64,000 nt of DNA from Verrucomicrobiota bacterium (GCA_039815375.1 JBCBZJ010000001.1:192001-256000), one strand, 5' to 3'; shown: positions 1-10,410, counted from the stretch's first letter. The notes: generated from the sequence alone by a model not told the origin. Program-made: numbers and translations.

Positions 1-83
1 CTCGCCAGATTTACACCGGTAAGACTTTGCGCGATTATATTGATTTAGGCGATCGTGAAGCTGAAACAAACTGTCCGCACTAA
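1..83 (+). CDS. gltA: Citrate synthase, 3' end (partial, runs in from left edge)
   Basis: Frame from nt 3 reads RQIYTGKTLRDYIDLGDREAETNCPH*, matching the type II citrate synthase C-terminal (RP)RQIYTG..RDY motif; not in ORF track. Confidence 0.7.
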   Translation, partial: RQIYTGKTLRDYIDLGDREAETNCPH

Positions 84-98
84 GCATTGGAAGGAAAA

Positions 99-677
99 CT
101 AGCCCCATTCGGGCGGATTCTGCAGCTCAGGTTTCAGGACACCGATACAGGGTAACTGCCGGTAGTGTTCGGCAAAATCGAGTCCATAGCCGACGACGAA
201 TTCATCCGGAATATTGAAGCCGATAAAGTCTGCTTCGAAATCAGCCTTCCTCGTTGCCTGTTTTTCGAGTAACACACATGTCCGAAGTGAGGCAGGTTTC
301 ATGGACCGCAGGACATTCGATATTTGTGCAAGCGTTGTCCCTGTATCTAAAACGTCATCGATCAGCAACACATCAAGTCCTTCTATATCGAGCCGAATGC
401 GGTCGATGATCTCGGGTTGCTGGACTTTATCAGCCTCTTCCTTGTAGCTTGCGACCCGTACGCAATCGAGTTGAATGGGAAGTTTAAGTTCACGGATCAG
501 GTCTGCGACAAAGATAACGGCACCGTTAATTATCGCGATGACAGCGATCTCACGGCCTTCGTAAGTGGCTGTGATTTCTTTGCCCATCTCTTTTAGACGC
601 TCTTTGATAGCTGCCTCTTCGACGAGAATTTCATCAAGGTCTTCAAGAGGATTAGGAAGTGCGCTGTCAGCTTGCAT
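99..677 (-). CDS. hpt: Hypoxanthine phosphoribosyltransferase
   Basis: PRPP-binding [12 protein letters not shown] and FVVGYGLD motifs, 192 aa. Confidence 0.93.
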   Translation of the reverse strand: MQADSALPNPLEDLDEILVEEAAIKERLKEMGKEITATYEGREIAVIAIINGAVIFVADLIRELKLPIQLDCVRVASYKEEADKVQQPEIIDRIRLDIEGLDVLLIDDVLDTGTTLAQISNVLRSMKPASLRTCVLLEKQATRKADFEADFIGFNIPDEFVVGYGLDFAEHYRQLPCIGVLKPELQNPPEWG

Positions 678-893
678 AGGAGGACCTTTATGCCCAACGC
701 AAACGAGATTTCAAGTCTGGTCGAGGTGGCTTAGACTAGTCTGCTTGCAAAGTGGAAAGATGCACCGTCAAAGAGAAGATTTGTATTTTGTGTGAAGAAT
801 GACAGCAAATCCGAAAACGAGGGGGAAAACCAAGATAAACAGGAAATGTAAGGATAAACTGGTTTCTATAACAATGAGTTGGGGTTGTTATAC

Positions 894-923
894 AAAAAAA
901 GCTCACCCTTATGGGTGAGCTTT
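894..923 (-). terminator. Rho-independent terminator of PEP-CTERM gene
   Basis: AAAGCTCACCC-TTAT-GGGTGAGCTTT hairpin with A7 on + strand (U-tract on -), just after stop at 946. Confidence 0.75.
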
Positions 924-945
924 GATTTCATAAAATAGTGAGTCT

Positions 946-1674
946 TTAGCTGCGGCGGCGAATAGCGCTTAGAATTAAAGCTACGGATCCAAATAAAAAT
1001 CCTACAGTAGACGGCTCAGGGATAGCAACCAATTGGAGCGCATTGATGTGTGCTGCATCTGAACCGGTTGCAAGGACCAGCTCAATATTACCCGATCCAT
1101 CTGTGCTGATGTTGTTAAATGCGTATACAGAAGGACTATCATTGGGATCGACATTGAGAAACGATCCACCAGTTATAGTTGCAGTCGCTTGATCCCGTGC
1201 GGTTGTGTCGGTCCAGGATTGAAACTCAAGGTCGTAGGTAAGGCTATCATCCAAGCCTGTGAAGGTGAATGTAGCATTGTTTGCCGTAACATAGAAAACA
1301 TCTACTTGAGCTGTATCCGGAACTGCACCGATACCGCTAAAGGAAGCAGTTGCTCCCTCCGATACGACGGTAAGCCCCCCTATGCCTATTGTATTAAGAC
1401 CTGTTCCAGACGATGCAACATCTAGACCAATGCCAGTGGCAGCGCCATCGGAAAGTCGAATTAGATCAGAATCTAAAGTTAGAGAAGTTGATTGAAAGTT
1501 CCCCGCGTCACCAGCTTGGGCGGTTACAATATTATTCCAATTTCCGGGTGTTGTTGAAGCTTTTTTAGAAAAATCAATTGCGATGACATCGCCGGATGTA
1601 ATTGCAGCACTCGCAGTTACGGTGCCAGCAAGCATGCAAATCGCTACAGGAATCGATTGTATATGTATTTTCAT
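946..1674 (-). CDS. PEP-CTERM sorting domain protein
   Basis: Signal peptide; C-terminal IPEPST + hydrophobic helix + RRRS. Confidence 0.87.
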   Translation of the reverse strand: MKIHIQSIPVAICMLAGTVTASAAITSGDVIAIDFSKKASTTPGNWNNIVTAQAGDAGNFQSTSLTLDSDLIRLSDGAATGIGLDVASSGTGLNTIGIGGLTVVSEGATASFSGIGAVPDTAQVDVFYVTANNATFTFTGLDDSLTYDLEFQSWTDTTARDQATATITGGSFLNVDPNDSPSVYAFNNISTDGSGNIELVLATGSDAAHINALQLVAIPEPSTVGFLFGSVALILSAIRRRS

Positions 1675-1900
1675 GTTATTTTAAGTGTAAGGGTTGAGAA
1701 GTAGAGCTAAATCAGTAGAAAACCAGTTTTACTACATTAAATACCCTATAATTTTACTTATATGTCAACGATAAGATAAACGACTGTAGAAGGTAAATTA
1801 GGGTATCGAGCTAAGGAGGGCTGCCCTCAGTCGTCTGCGATTCTTGCATGATATGGCGAGTGCCTGAGTATGGGTGACTAAGCCCCGTGCCTGCTCCATC

Positions 1901-1922
1901 CGTCATACAGAACTGTATGACG
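1901..1922. promoter_or_regulatory. Perfect palindrome, candidate operator
   Basis: CGTCATACAG-AA-CTGTATGACG, 10-bp arms, intergenic upstream of the PEP-CTERM gene. Confidence 0.35.
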
Positions 1923-1991
1923 AAAGTCCTCTGACTGCTTTGAGAGCCCGGGTAGGGGCAGTTTAAAGGCGTTCCGGATTGGCGTCGTAAT

Positions 1992-2077
1992 AGGCCAGCA
2001 GGCGCGTAAGTTTACATGCTTTTTCGGCCTTCAATTGCCGGGCACCTCGCTCATCTCATTGCATAATCCGGGTTGAA
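1992..2077 (-). repeat. Dispersed repeat copy A (overlaps pntA 3' end)
   Basis: Gapless alignment with 39746-39831 (+): exact AACCCGGATTATGCAAT and about 51/71 identity by hand count. Confidence 0.65.
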
Positions 2078-3196
2078 ACGTTGATGGACGATAGCTCCGT
2101 CCTGTGTGATCAGACAGCCCTTTAGAATCTCGTCATCTCGATTAAAGACGAAATCTTTTTCTTCCTTGTCCCAGAAGTGCTCGATCAGGCTATAGAAATT
2201 CGAGGCTAGCATTTGGGTCGCGTCCTTTGGGTAGTAGCCCTCCAGGTTTTCAGGACCTATGAGACGGACACCGTTTGCAGTCATAACTTCCTCGCCGACT
2301 TTGGAGCCCGCTACGTTGCCGCCTGATTCGACGGCCAGGTCCACGACGATACTGCCCGGCTGCATTTGCCTGAGAACGTCCTCGTTGAGGATTTGTGGCG
2401 CTCTACGGCCGAAGAGTTTGGCCGTCGTGATTACAACATCAGCTCGTGCACAGGCCTTGGCCATTTCCGCACGTTGTTTATCCAGCTGTTCGGAAGTGAG
2501 TTCTTTTGCATAGCCCTGGTCGGTTTGCCCTGTATCACCAAGATCGACTTTGACGAACTTTGCTCCGAGCGATTTGACCTGCTCTTCGACCACGGGTCGG
2601 GTATCGAAGGCTTCGACTCTAGCTCCAAGGCGCTTAGCCGTAGCGATGGCCTGAAGCCCCGCGACACCTACACCGATAATGAAAACGCGCGCAGGCGAAA
2701 TGGTTCCTGACGGCGTCATCATCATGGGTAGGATCTTGCGCATGCGATTAGTGGCAAGGGTGACGGCCGCATAGCCGGCAAGGTTGGCTTGGGAAGAGAG
2801 TGCGTCCATCTTTTGGGCCAGTGTGGAGCGTGGAATCATTTCCATGCTAATCGCTGAGATCTGGCGTTGGGCGATTTCTCTGATGAGCTCCGTTTCGTTG
2901 AAGGGGTCAAGGAAGCTGATATGAAGCACACCGGCTTTGAGGGCTTCAAGATCGGTGCTCTCTGGCTTGCGCACGCGGATCACTATATCTGCTTGGGCCG
3001 ATGCCTCGGAAGCATTCTGAACAACTTTCACTCCTGCCTTTTCATATGCGGCATCCGGATAGTCTGATTGCAGGCCGATTCCTTCTTGCACGGAAACCTC
3101 CAGGCCAAGGTCCTTTAGTTTCCCGGCAATCGCTGGCGATAGGGCGGCACGAGTTTCAGCAGGGTGGGTTTCGAGTGGAGCGAAGAGGCGTTTCAT
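2051..3196 (-). CDS. pntA: NAD(P) transhydrogenase subunit alpha, part 1 (domain I)
   Basis: ETRAALSP, QKMDALSSQANLAGY, GVGVAGLQAIATAKRLGA motifs; no TM part; start set at MKRLF. Confidence 0.92.
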   Translation of the reverse strand: MKRLFAPLETHPAETRAALSPAIAGKLKDLGLEVSVQEGIGLQSDYPDAAYEKAGVKVVQNASEASAQADIVIRVRKPESTDLEALKAGVLHISFLDPFNETELIREIAQRQISAISMEMIPRSTLAQKMDALSSQANLAGYAAVTLATNRMRKILPMMMTPSGTISPARVFIIGVGVAGLQAIATAKRLGARVEAFDTRPVVEEQVKSLGAKFVKVDLGDTGQTDQGYAKELTSEQLDKQRAEMAKACARADVVITTAKLFGRRAPQILNEDVLRQMQPGSIVVDLAVESGGNVAGSKVGEEVMTANGVRLIGPENLEGYYPKDATQMLASNFYSLIEHFWDKEEKDFVFNRDDEILKGCLITQDGAIVHQRFNPDYAMR

Positions 3197-3345
3197 AAAG
3201 ATACTTTTCAACAGCACCTCCCTTGCTTCTGAGCGGCAAGAGCAAATTGACGATACGTGTTGAGTGATAAACTGCGCAGCTAGAGGCTATTAGAAAGTGA
3301 AGCGGGCAAGGCTTGGTTTTCAGCTAATTTTCAACCTTGAGGTCC

Positions 3346-3378
3346 AAAAAAAGCCGAGTGCTTACACACCCGGCTTTT
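3346..3378 (-). terminator. Rho-independent terminator of fbaA
   Basis: AAAAGCCG...CGGCTTTT stem with A-tract on + strand side, 21 nt past stop. Confidence 0.7.
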
Positions 3379-3399
3379 CGTGAAAAAATGTCGTATTGA

Positions 3400-4431
3400 T
3401 TAAACTGTTTCGAAGATGGTCTTGCCCTCTGAGCAAAGGTCCTCACAAGCCTGAACAAGACGGGCAGCCATATTGACTTCGCCTTTCTTCAGGTAACTGC
3501 GCGGATCGTAAGTCTTCTTGTTGCCAACTTCACCATCAATCTTAAGCACGCCTTCAATGTTCTCACAAATATGGGTTACGATCGGGCGGGTGAAGGCATA
3601 TTGTGTGTCGGTATCAATGTTCATCTTGACCACGCCGTAGCCGAGAGTCTCGCGAATGTCGCCAAGCTCGGAACCGGAGCCGCCGTGGAAGACCAGATCG
3701 AAACGCTTCTCAGCACCATACTTTTCTTCAACTGCAGCCTGGCCGTCACGAAGAATGGTTGGCTTGAGCTGAACGGCGCCCGGCTTGTAAGCGCCGTGGA
3801 CGTTGCCGAAAGTGGCTGCAAAAAGGAAGCGGCCAATGCCGTCGAGCGACTCGTGCACGGTGACCATGTCCTCAGGAGTGGTATAAAGTTTCTCGGCTGG
3901 TACACCGGATGTGTCGTGGCCGTCCTCTTCGCCGCCAACAACACCTGCTTCGATTTCGAGAATGATGTCGAGTTCGGCACATTCCTTGAGGAGGGCCTTT
4001 GATATTTCCATGTTCTCCTCAAGCGAAACGACGGAGCCGTCGAACATGTGGGATTGGAAGAGTGGACCCTTGCCTTCGGCAATGCGTTTGCGGGAAGCTT
4101 CAAGGAGCGGTTTCAGGAATCCGTCAACCTTCTCAGGGTGACAGTGGTCCGTGTGGAGGCCGACGAGGATATCGTATTTCTCCGCAAGAATGTGAGTGGC
4201 CTCCGCGAGCACAATTGCACCGAAAGCAGCATCCTTCACGTCGACGCCGGATGCGAACTGACCGCCGCCGGTAGATACTTGTATGATACCGTCCGACTTC
4301 GCATCGGCAAAGGCTTTGAGTGCGGCATTGATCGTGGTGATCGAGGTGATGTTGACGGCCGGGTAGGCATAGTTGCCTTTCTGGGCAGCATCAATCATCG
4401 CGGCGTATTGAGCAGGTGTTGCTACTGGCAT
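3400..4431 (-). CDS. fbaA: Class II fructose-bisphosphate aldolase
   Basis: HTDHC, SHMFDGS, GNVHGAY, VFHGGSG, KMNIDTD motifs. Confidence 0.96.
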   Translation of the reverse strand: MPVATPAQYAAMIDAAQKGNYAYPAVNITSITTINAALKAFADAKSDGIIQVSTGGGQFASGVDVKDAAFGAIVLAEATHILAEKYDILVGLHTDHCHPEKVDGFLKPLLEASRKRIAEGKGPLFQSHMFDGSVVSLEENMEISKALLKECAELDIILEIEAGVVGGEEDGHDTSGVPAEKLYTTPEDMVTVHESLDGIGRFLFAATFGNVHGAYKPGAVQLKPTILRDGQAAVEEKYGAEKRFDLVFHGGSGSELGDIRETLGYGVVKMNIDTDTQYAFTRPIVTHICENIEGVLKIDGEVGNKKTYDPRSYLKKGEVNMAARLVQACEDLCSEGKTIFETV

Positions 4432-4592
4432 GACTTGGATTAGTTTATTTTATGTAATTTCTGACTAAGTTTAGTAGTCCTGATGTGAAAATTCATGAAG
4501 AAGCAACATAATTCCTTTACTCCCGGGTTTTTCAATATCGGATTTCGTCTCTTCCACTTGCAGAGGATCGTGTCGTCCCTTTTCCTTGATCA

Positions 4593-6662
4593 GTGGATTT
4601 TAAACTAGCTAGTGAGTATGCCCCGCAGGGTGATCAGCCCGAGGCTATCCAGGCTTTGGCAGACTCATTGCGTTCGGGAAACCGTTATCAGACGCTCCTC
4701 GGTGTGACGGGATCGGGTAAGACTTTTTCTATGGCGAATGTGATTCAAGAGCTGCAGCGACCTGCACTCATCATTTCGCACAACAAGACTCTGGCTGCGC
4801 AGCTCTATTCTGAGTTCAAGGCTTTTTTCCCTGAAAACGCGGTCGAATACTTTGTGAGCTATTACGACTATTATCAACCGGAGGCCTATATCCCGCAAAC
4901 AGACACTTATATTGAGAAAGACTCTTCGATTAACGACGAGATTGAGCGCCTGCGAATCTCAGCTTCATCCTCGCTACTGAGTCGGCGTGATGTGATTGTG
5001 ATCGCGAGCGTATCCTGCATCTACGGTCTGGGCTCACCGGATGATTTTAAAACCATGATGATTCCGCTCGAACCCGGGATGGAAATTTCTCGCGATGCGT
5101 TCCTGGAGCGGCTGGTGGGTGCCCTCTATAATCGCAACGATATTGAATTTAAGAACGGTGCTTTCCGAGTGCGCGGTGATGTGGTCGATATCTATCCAGC
5201 CTACATGGAGAGTGCGATTCGCGTCGAATTTTGGGGTGACGAGATCGAGAGCATTCGGGAATTGGAACCTGTCACCGGCGAGGCGGGTGCATCGTTGAGT
5301 ATGTTCAACTTGTATCCGGCAACTCAATACGTAACACCCAAAGATAAGATCGACTCGGCGGTCAAGGGCATCCGTCAGGAGCTCGACAAGCGCGTCGCGC
5401 AGTTTGAATCCGAGAGCAAGCTGATCGAGGCACAACGTATACGAATGCGCACGGAATATGATATCGAGTTGCTGCAGGAAATGGGTTTCTGCACCGGCAT
5501 CGAGAACTATTCACGTTACCTTTCCGGGCGAAAGCCGGGTGAGCGCCCTTTTTGCCTGATCGATTTCTTTCCTGAGGATTTCTTACTTTTTATTGATGAG
5601 AGCCATGTGACATTGCCGCAGGTCCGAGCCATGTATAACGGGGACCGGGCTCGCAAGGAGCGACTTGTTGAATACGGCTTTCGCCTCCCTTCTGCGCTCG
5701 ATAACCGGCCGCAGAAGATCGAGGAATTTGAGGAGATCACAGATCAAACCGTTTATGTTTCGGCAACGCCTGCCGAACACGAGTATAATGTGTCGAAGAC
5801 TATTGCGGAGCAGGTCATTCGTCCGACTGGGCTTGTCGATCCGGCGATGGAGATCCGCCCGATCAAGGGGCAGGTTGAGGATTTTATTGGAGAAGCCCGG
5901 CGAGCTGCTGATGCTGACGAGCGCGTGTTGGCGACGACTTTGACGAAGAGGATGTCCGAGGATTTGACCGATTTCCTGCGCGAGTCAGGACTCAAGGTTG
6001 AATACCTGCATTCGGATATTGATGCGATTGAGCGGGTTGAGATCTTGCGGCGGCTTCGCCTCGGCGATTTTGACGTGCTTGTTGGAGTGAATCTACTGCG
6101 CGAGGGGCTTGATCTGCCTGAGGTCGCACTTGTGGCGATTTTGGATGCGGATAAGGAAGGCTTTCTTCGCAGCACGACAAGTTTGGTCCAGACGGCTGGC
6201 CGTGCGGCTCGTCACGAGAAGGGTCGTGTGCTGCTCTACGCGGACATCATGACTGGCTCAATTCAGCAGACACTGAAGACGACTGAATACCGCCGTGAGA
6301 AGCAGCTCGCTTACAACAAAGAGCACGGTATTACCCCGAAAAGCGTGCAACGTGGGATTGATGAGAGTCTGCATGCGCCCGGCAAAGGCTACGAGCAGAA
6401 GGAGGATTCAGGACTGCTGGCAGCTGAGGGGAGTGACCGCGACGTGGCGGCAGTGATCACCGAGATGGAAGAAGAAATGCTTGAGGCAGCGCGTAGGCTT
6501 GAGTTCGAAAAGGCCGCCATGATTCGCGACCAGATTGAAACTTTGCAGAGCGGTAAGCATGGTGGAGGCTCAAATGGTGCGGCCAAATCAAAACCGAAGA
6601 AGAAACGTAAATCGAAAGCTGTTTACAACGTGAAGGGTCTGCCTAAGCGGAAAGGCCGTTAA
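4593..6662 (+). CDS. uvrB: Excinuclease ABC subunit B
   Basis: GVTGSGKT Walker A, FVSYYDYYQPEAY beta-hairpin, DESH, C-terminal UVR domain. Confidence 0.97.
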   Translation: MDFKLASEYAPQGDQPEAIQALADSLRSGNRYQTLLGVTGSGKTFSMANVIQELQRPALIISHNKTLAAQLYSEFKAFFPENAVEYFVSYYDYYQPEAYIPQTDTYIEKDSSINDEIERLRISASSSLLSRRDVIVIASVSCIYGLGSPDDFKTMMIPLEPGMEISRDAFLERLVGALYNRNDIEFKNGAFRVRGDVVDIYPAYMESAIRVEFWGDEIESIRELEPVTGEAGASLSMFNLYPATQYVTPKDKIDSAVKGIRQELDKRVAQFESESKLIEAQRIRMRTEYDIELLQEMGFCTGIENYSRYLSGRKPGERPFCLIDFFPEDFLLFIDESHVTLPQVRAMYNGDRARKERLVEYGFRLPSALDNRPQKIEEFEEITDQTVYVSATPAEHEYNVSKTIAEQVIRPTGLVDPAMEIRPIKGQVEDFIGEARRAADADERVLATTLTKRMSEDLTDFLRESGLKVEYLHSDIDAIERVEILRRLRLGDFDVLVGVNLLREGLDLPEVALVAILDADKEGFLRSTTSLVQTAGRAARHEKGRVLLYADIMTGSIQQTLKTTEYRREKQLAYNKEHGITPKSVQRGIDESLHAPGKGYEQKEDSGLLAAEGSDRDVAAVITEMEEEMLEAARRLEFEKAAMIRDQIETLQSGKHGGGSNGAAKSKPKKKRKSKAVYNVKGLPKRKGR

Positions 6663-7930
6663 GGCCGACCCCGCCGTCGTCCCATCTGAATCGGCTGAGC
6701 GTTTTGGAGTCTCTCTAACTGCTTTTCGTCGAATTCTGAGCTATCGAGATAAGTCTGAAAAGCTTCGGGGTCTTCGGCTTTCCAATTGCCGGCGACGTGC
6801 TGCATCATGCGATTTCGCATGGAGTCGTTTTCAATCGATTCAGCCCATGTTATTGCGTTGGCAGGATCTTCCTGAGCAGCTTGGTAAGTATAGCTGATTA
6901 CTGCTCGGTCGAGTGCTGGTGAGGCAGGTTGCGTGTTTAACCATTCTGCCGAGGCTGCCATATCGTAGCGGGTCCACTCGCGTATAATTGCGCTGCTTGC
7001 CTGGCTCAGTGTGTTTTCCTCGAAATCGCTATTGTCCAACCATGCCGCGGCTGCTGCCGGGTCACTTTCAGCCCACTCGCTAAGAAGGTTGGTTTTCATC
7101 CGATCGGTAGCATTCTCTCCAAGGGATTCGACATAGGCAGCAGCACCTACCGGATCATGGCTTGCCCACTCATCAACAAGTTCATTGAGCAATGCACTTT
7201 TGATCGGACCCTCTTCCAGTAGCTCGACTTGGATTTTGGCCTCCAATAGGCCTCCACTGCTGATTTGCTCCTCAAGAATCTCTTCCAGCGCACGACTTTT
7301 AATCCGTTGCTCAAAGCTGGATTCATTTGGCAATTGAAGCGCGGCTGCAAACGCTGCTTGGGGATTGTTTTTAGCGTAACCTTCGTAGATGGCTACGAGC
7401 TGACTTCTTTGCGCGCGCAATGGTTCGCTGACAAGCGCGAGGCGCGCCCACTCCAATGTGGCCAAGGGATCGTTCTCGGCCCAGACCTCAAGAATACTAA
7501 TCCGTGCTTCTTCGGACTCTCTAAGCGATTCGATGCCAGCAGCCATCGCCAGAGCATCTTCTGGTGCGGTCTCCGCGAGCTGCACCAGAAGTTCGCGAAT
7601 GAATCGAGAACGACGAAAGTCAGTTTCCGGTAGCGCAAAAGCCTGTGCAAGTAAGTCTCGCGTTTGTTCTTCGGTGAGGCGATCAAACTCGCCGATGGCG
7701 TCTTCAAGGTTGAGTTTGCTGTCGTCGAAAAATGAGGTGGCCACTTCGAGCGGTGCTTCGCTTTCACTTTGGTCGGTGAAGTCTATCGAAGTCTGATTGG
7801 TGACAGATCTATCCGAACCCGGCGCTTCCACCGTAGAGCTTTCGCTCGTTACCTGAAGGCCCATATAGTAAGCAGTCGCGATACTTGCAGACCACACGGC
7901 GAGTCCGAGGAGAATCTTGGGAAGTTTCAT
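6659..7930 (-). CDS. Exported helical-repeat hypothetical protein
   Basis: N-terminal hydrophobic anchor; repeated WA.xDP.AA..W units (WAENDP, WASHDP, WAESDP, WKAEDP). Confidence 0.75.
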   Translation of the reverse strand: MKLPKILLGLAVWSASIATAYYMGLQVTSESSTVEAPGSDRSVTNQTSIDFTDQSESEAPLEVATSFFDDSKLNLEDAIGEFDRLTEEQTRDLLAQAFALPETDFRRSRFIRELLVQLAETAPEDALAMAAGIESLRESEEARISILEVWAENDPLATLEWARLALVSEPLRAQRSQLVAIYEGYAKNNPQAAFAAALQLPNESSFEQRIKSRALEEILEEQISSGGLLEAKIQVELLEEGPIKSALLNELVDEWASHDPVGAAAYVESLGENATDRMKTNLLSEWAESDPAAAAAWLDNSDFEENTLSQASSAIIREWTRYDMAASAEWLNTQPASPALDRAVISYTYQAAQEDPANAITWAESIENDSMRNRMMQHVAGNWKAEDPEAFQTYLDSSEFDEKQLERLQNAQPIQMGRRRGRP

Positions 7931-7972
7931 GACTGATGTAATAGTAAATTATGAAGTAAAAGTTTCGCAAGA

Positions 7973-10384
7973 TTAACCTGTTTTCCTGCTCAGCCCGAAC
8001 CATGCGATGGCGAGCTTGGCGATGCTACTCAGTGGCATGAGGATGGCTGCCAGGAGCGGATGCATCATTCCCGTTAGACAGAGGCTCACAGCAGCTAGAT
8101 TGTAAACTACTGCGGTCACGAAGATCGCAGTGACAGTGTGGTGCCTTCTTTGGGCAGTTCGGAAAAGTTCCGGTAGACAGCGGAGGCTGCGGCCAAAAAA
8201 GAAAAAATCGGCACTGGTCTCAAGAATGCTTTTGTCGACAACAGGAGTTCCGCGGCAGATCGCGGTATCGAAAGCAAGGCTATCGTTTGCGCCATCGCCA
8301 ATCATTAGGGCGCTGCGAGGTGCATGCTGTTCAATCCACCTTGCTTTGTCTTCAGGTGTGCAGGATGCTTGTGCCATTGATGCCTCCAGTTCGAGCTGCT
8401 CTGAAATTTTCCGGACCCGTTCCGGCACATCCCCACTGAGTATGGCTGTATCCAATTTTTGGTGACGTAGAAAATCGATACTTTGAAGTGCGTCATCGCG
8501 CACATCTTCCTGAAAATCGAACTCTGCTACGATGATTTGATTTTCACAGAGCACCGTTTGTGCGGAAGATCGGCTGCGGTTTTTCCAGCCAGCTTTGCCG
8601 AGAGTCCATTCATTTCCTCCCGGATCGGTGTAGTAGACGCCCTGGCCGATCTCTTCATTCACGGATCCGTCGGTTTTGTGTTCTCGGAGGTTAGCATGCT
8701 CGGTGAGCAGGACCTCGCGAATTGATTTCGCTAAAGGATGAGGGTTATTTTCGACGAGCAAATGAAGTGCTTGGGCAGCGATTGGATCGAGCTCGCGCAC
8801 CGCTTTCTGGTTTTTGAGACGTGGCACGTCCATGGTTAGCGTGCCTGTCTTGTCGAAGACGACAGTGCGAACTCTACGAAGTCTATCCCATATTTGGCTC
8901 GTTTTAACGAAGAGACCGACTCGGCGAAGGTGTGCGGTGGCAAACTCATCGCTCATGGGAAGGGCTACACCCAGTGCACAGGGGCAGGAAACAATGAGGA
9001 CGGAAATGAGGACTTGAATGGATTTTAGCGGATCTCCTGTGAGTGTGAGCCAAGTCATACCGCCGAGCAGCGCGATTGTCAGAACAGCTGCGATGTAATA
9101 CTTGAGCACAGTTTGGAGACGAAGCTCGTGGAAGCTGTCTTTGGGGCGTTCTAATAGCTGGGCGAGAAGGCTATCCGTCCAGTTTTCGCGAGCACGAAAA
9201 CGAAGGCTTTTCAGACCGACATTGATCGCACCGGCAGGAACTGGTCGCTGGCGCGGCCAGACGACAGGCTCGGCCTCGCCATTGATCCACTCCAAACTGA
9301 GCGTCCCTGTTGTCTCCAGTGAATTGGCGGCAACCGGGTTGATTTCGCCCGGGCCAACGCTGTATTCCAGTCCTTCATACACTTCTTCAGGTGTAATCGA
9401 CTGACCATCCTGCGCGCCACCAAGTACAGTGACCTCACGTGGTCCAGTCTGCTGACGTTGAAGATAGCTTCGATTTTTTTCCAGTGCGACCTCCTGCAGC
9501 CAACGGCCGACAAGCATCAAAAAGACGAAGGTTGCGACAAAGTCGAAGTAGATCAGGTTGGTGTAGCCCGTTGCCCAGCCGACAAGGGAGCCCAAATAGG
9601 CAACGATCAATCCGCTGGCGATTGGCAGATCAATATGGAGAACCTTGTTGCGCGCAGCTTGCCAGGCGCGATGGATGAAGTAGCTGCCACCGACTCCAAG
9701 GCTGAGTGTGGCGAACAGTGCCCCGAGGAGTTGAAAGAGTGGTGCCAAAAAAAAGCCGCCGCCCATGCCGAGGTAGCCCGGTAAAGTGAAGAGCATGGTG
9801 TTAAGGAGAAAGAAGCCGCAAAGGCCGATCCGGTAGGTGATCTGCCTTGATTCGCGGGGCCGGCTATCATCCTTCTGAAAAACCATCAGCCTGTAGCCGA
9901 TTCGTTGGAGCGCTCGCGCGAATTCCGGAAGATCGAAATGCCCGCGTTGCCATGCGAGCTCGACGGTTCCAGTGCGTGCGTCGATTCGTGCTGCGGCGGA
10001 GCCGTCCTGGCGTTTGAAGATAGCTTCGATCAGCCAGACACAGCCGATACAGCTAATCCCCTCCACACTGAATTTGGCTATCACCACAGGTTGTTCTGTA
10101 GCGTATTCCGTTTCTCTTAGGACAGCTTCGAGAGCCTCTGTTGCGACCGCGCGGAAAGCTTTTGAGCCGACCGGGGGAACAGTTGTGCTGCCCTTCAGAT
10201 CATAAAAACGAGTGAATTTATTATCCTCCAGAAACTCGGACACATAGTGGCAACCATGGCAGCAATAGACCTCGTCCTCCCGTGGAGTGAAGGGCGTGCC
10301 GCAATGAGCGCAAAGTGTTTCGTTCGAACACGGAACACCGAACATCCGACTTCCCGAGCTGTGTTTTTCTTTCGAATTATTCAA
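7973..10384 (-). CDS. ccoI: Heavy-metal (Cu) P1B-type ATPase for cbb3 assembly
   Basis: CAHC/CCHGC N-terminus, SCIGC HMA motif, CPC, DKTGT, GDGAND; last gene of cco operon; true start may be ATG at 10345. Confidence 0.88.
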   Translation of the reverse strand: MNNSKEKHSSGSRMFGVPCSNETLCAHCGTPFTPREDEVYCCHGCHYVSEFLEDNKFTRFYDLKGSTTVPPVGSKAFRAVATEALEAVLRETEYATEQPVVIAKFSVEGISCIGCVWLIEAIFKRQDGSAAARIDARTGTVELAWQRGHFDLPEFARALQRIGYRLMVFQKDDSRPRESRQITYRIGLCGFFLLNTMLFTLPGYLGMGGGFFLAPLFQLLGALFATLSLGVGGSYFIHRAWQAARNKVLHIDLPIASGLIVAYLGSLVGWATGYTNLIYFDFVATFVFLMLVGRWLQEVALEKNRSYLQRQQTGPREVTVLGGAQDGQSITPEEVYEGLEYSVGPGEINPVAANSLETTGTLSLEWINGEAEPVVWPRQRPVPAGAINVGLKSLRFRARENWTDSLLAQLLERPKDSFHELRLQTVLKYYIAAVLTIALLGGMTWLTLTGDPLKSIQVLISVLIVSCPCALGVALPMSDEFATAHLRRVGLFVKTSQIWDRLRRVRTVVFDKTGTLTMDVPRLKNQKAVRELDPIAAQALHLLVENNPHPLAKSIREVLLTEHANLREHKTDGSVNEEIGQGVYYTDPGGNEWTLGKAGWKNRSRSSAQTVLCENQIIVAEFDFQEDVRDDALQSIDFLRHQKLDTAILSGDVPERVRKISEQLELEASMAQASCTPEDKARWIEQHAPRSALMIGDGANDSLAFDTAICRGTPVVDKSILETSADFFFFGRSLRCLPELFRTAQRRHHTVTAIFVTAVVYNLAAVSLCLTGMMHPLLAAILMPLSSIAKLAIAWFGLSRKTG

Positions 10385-10410
10385 GGTTCGATGTTGGACA
10401 TTGGATGTTC
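10324..10410. repeat. Inverted pair of 7-bp tandem repeat arrays
   Basis: TCGAACA-CGGAACA-CCGAACA-TCCGAC at 10324-10350 and GTTCGAT-GTTGGAC-ATTGGAT-GTTC at 10386-10410. Confidence 0.7.
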
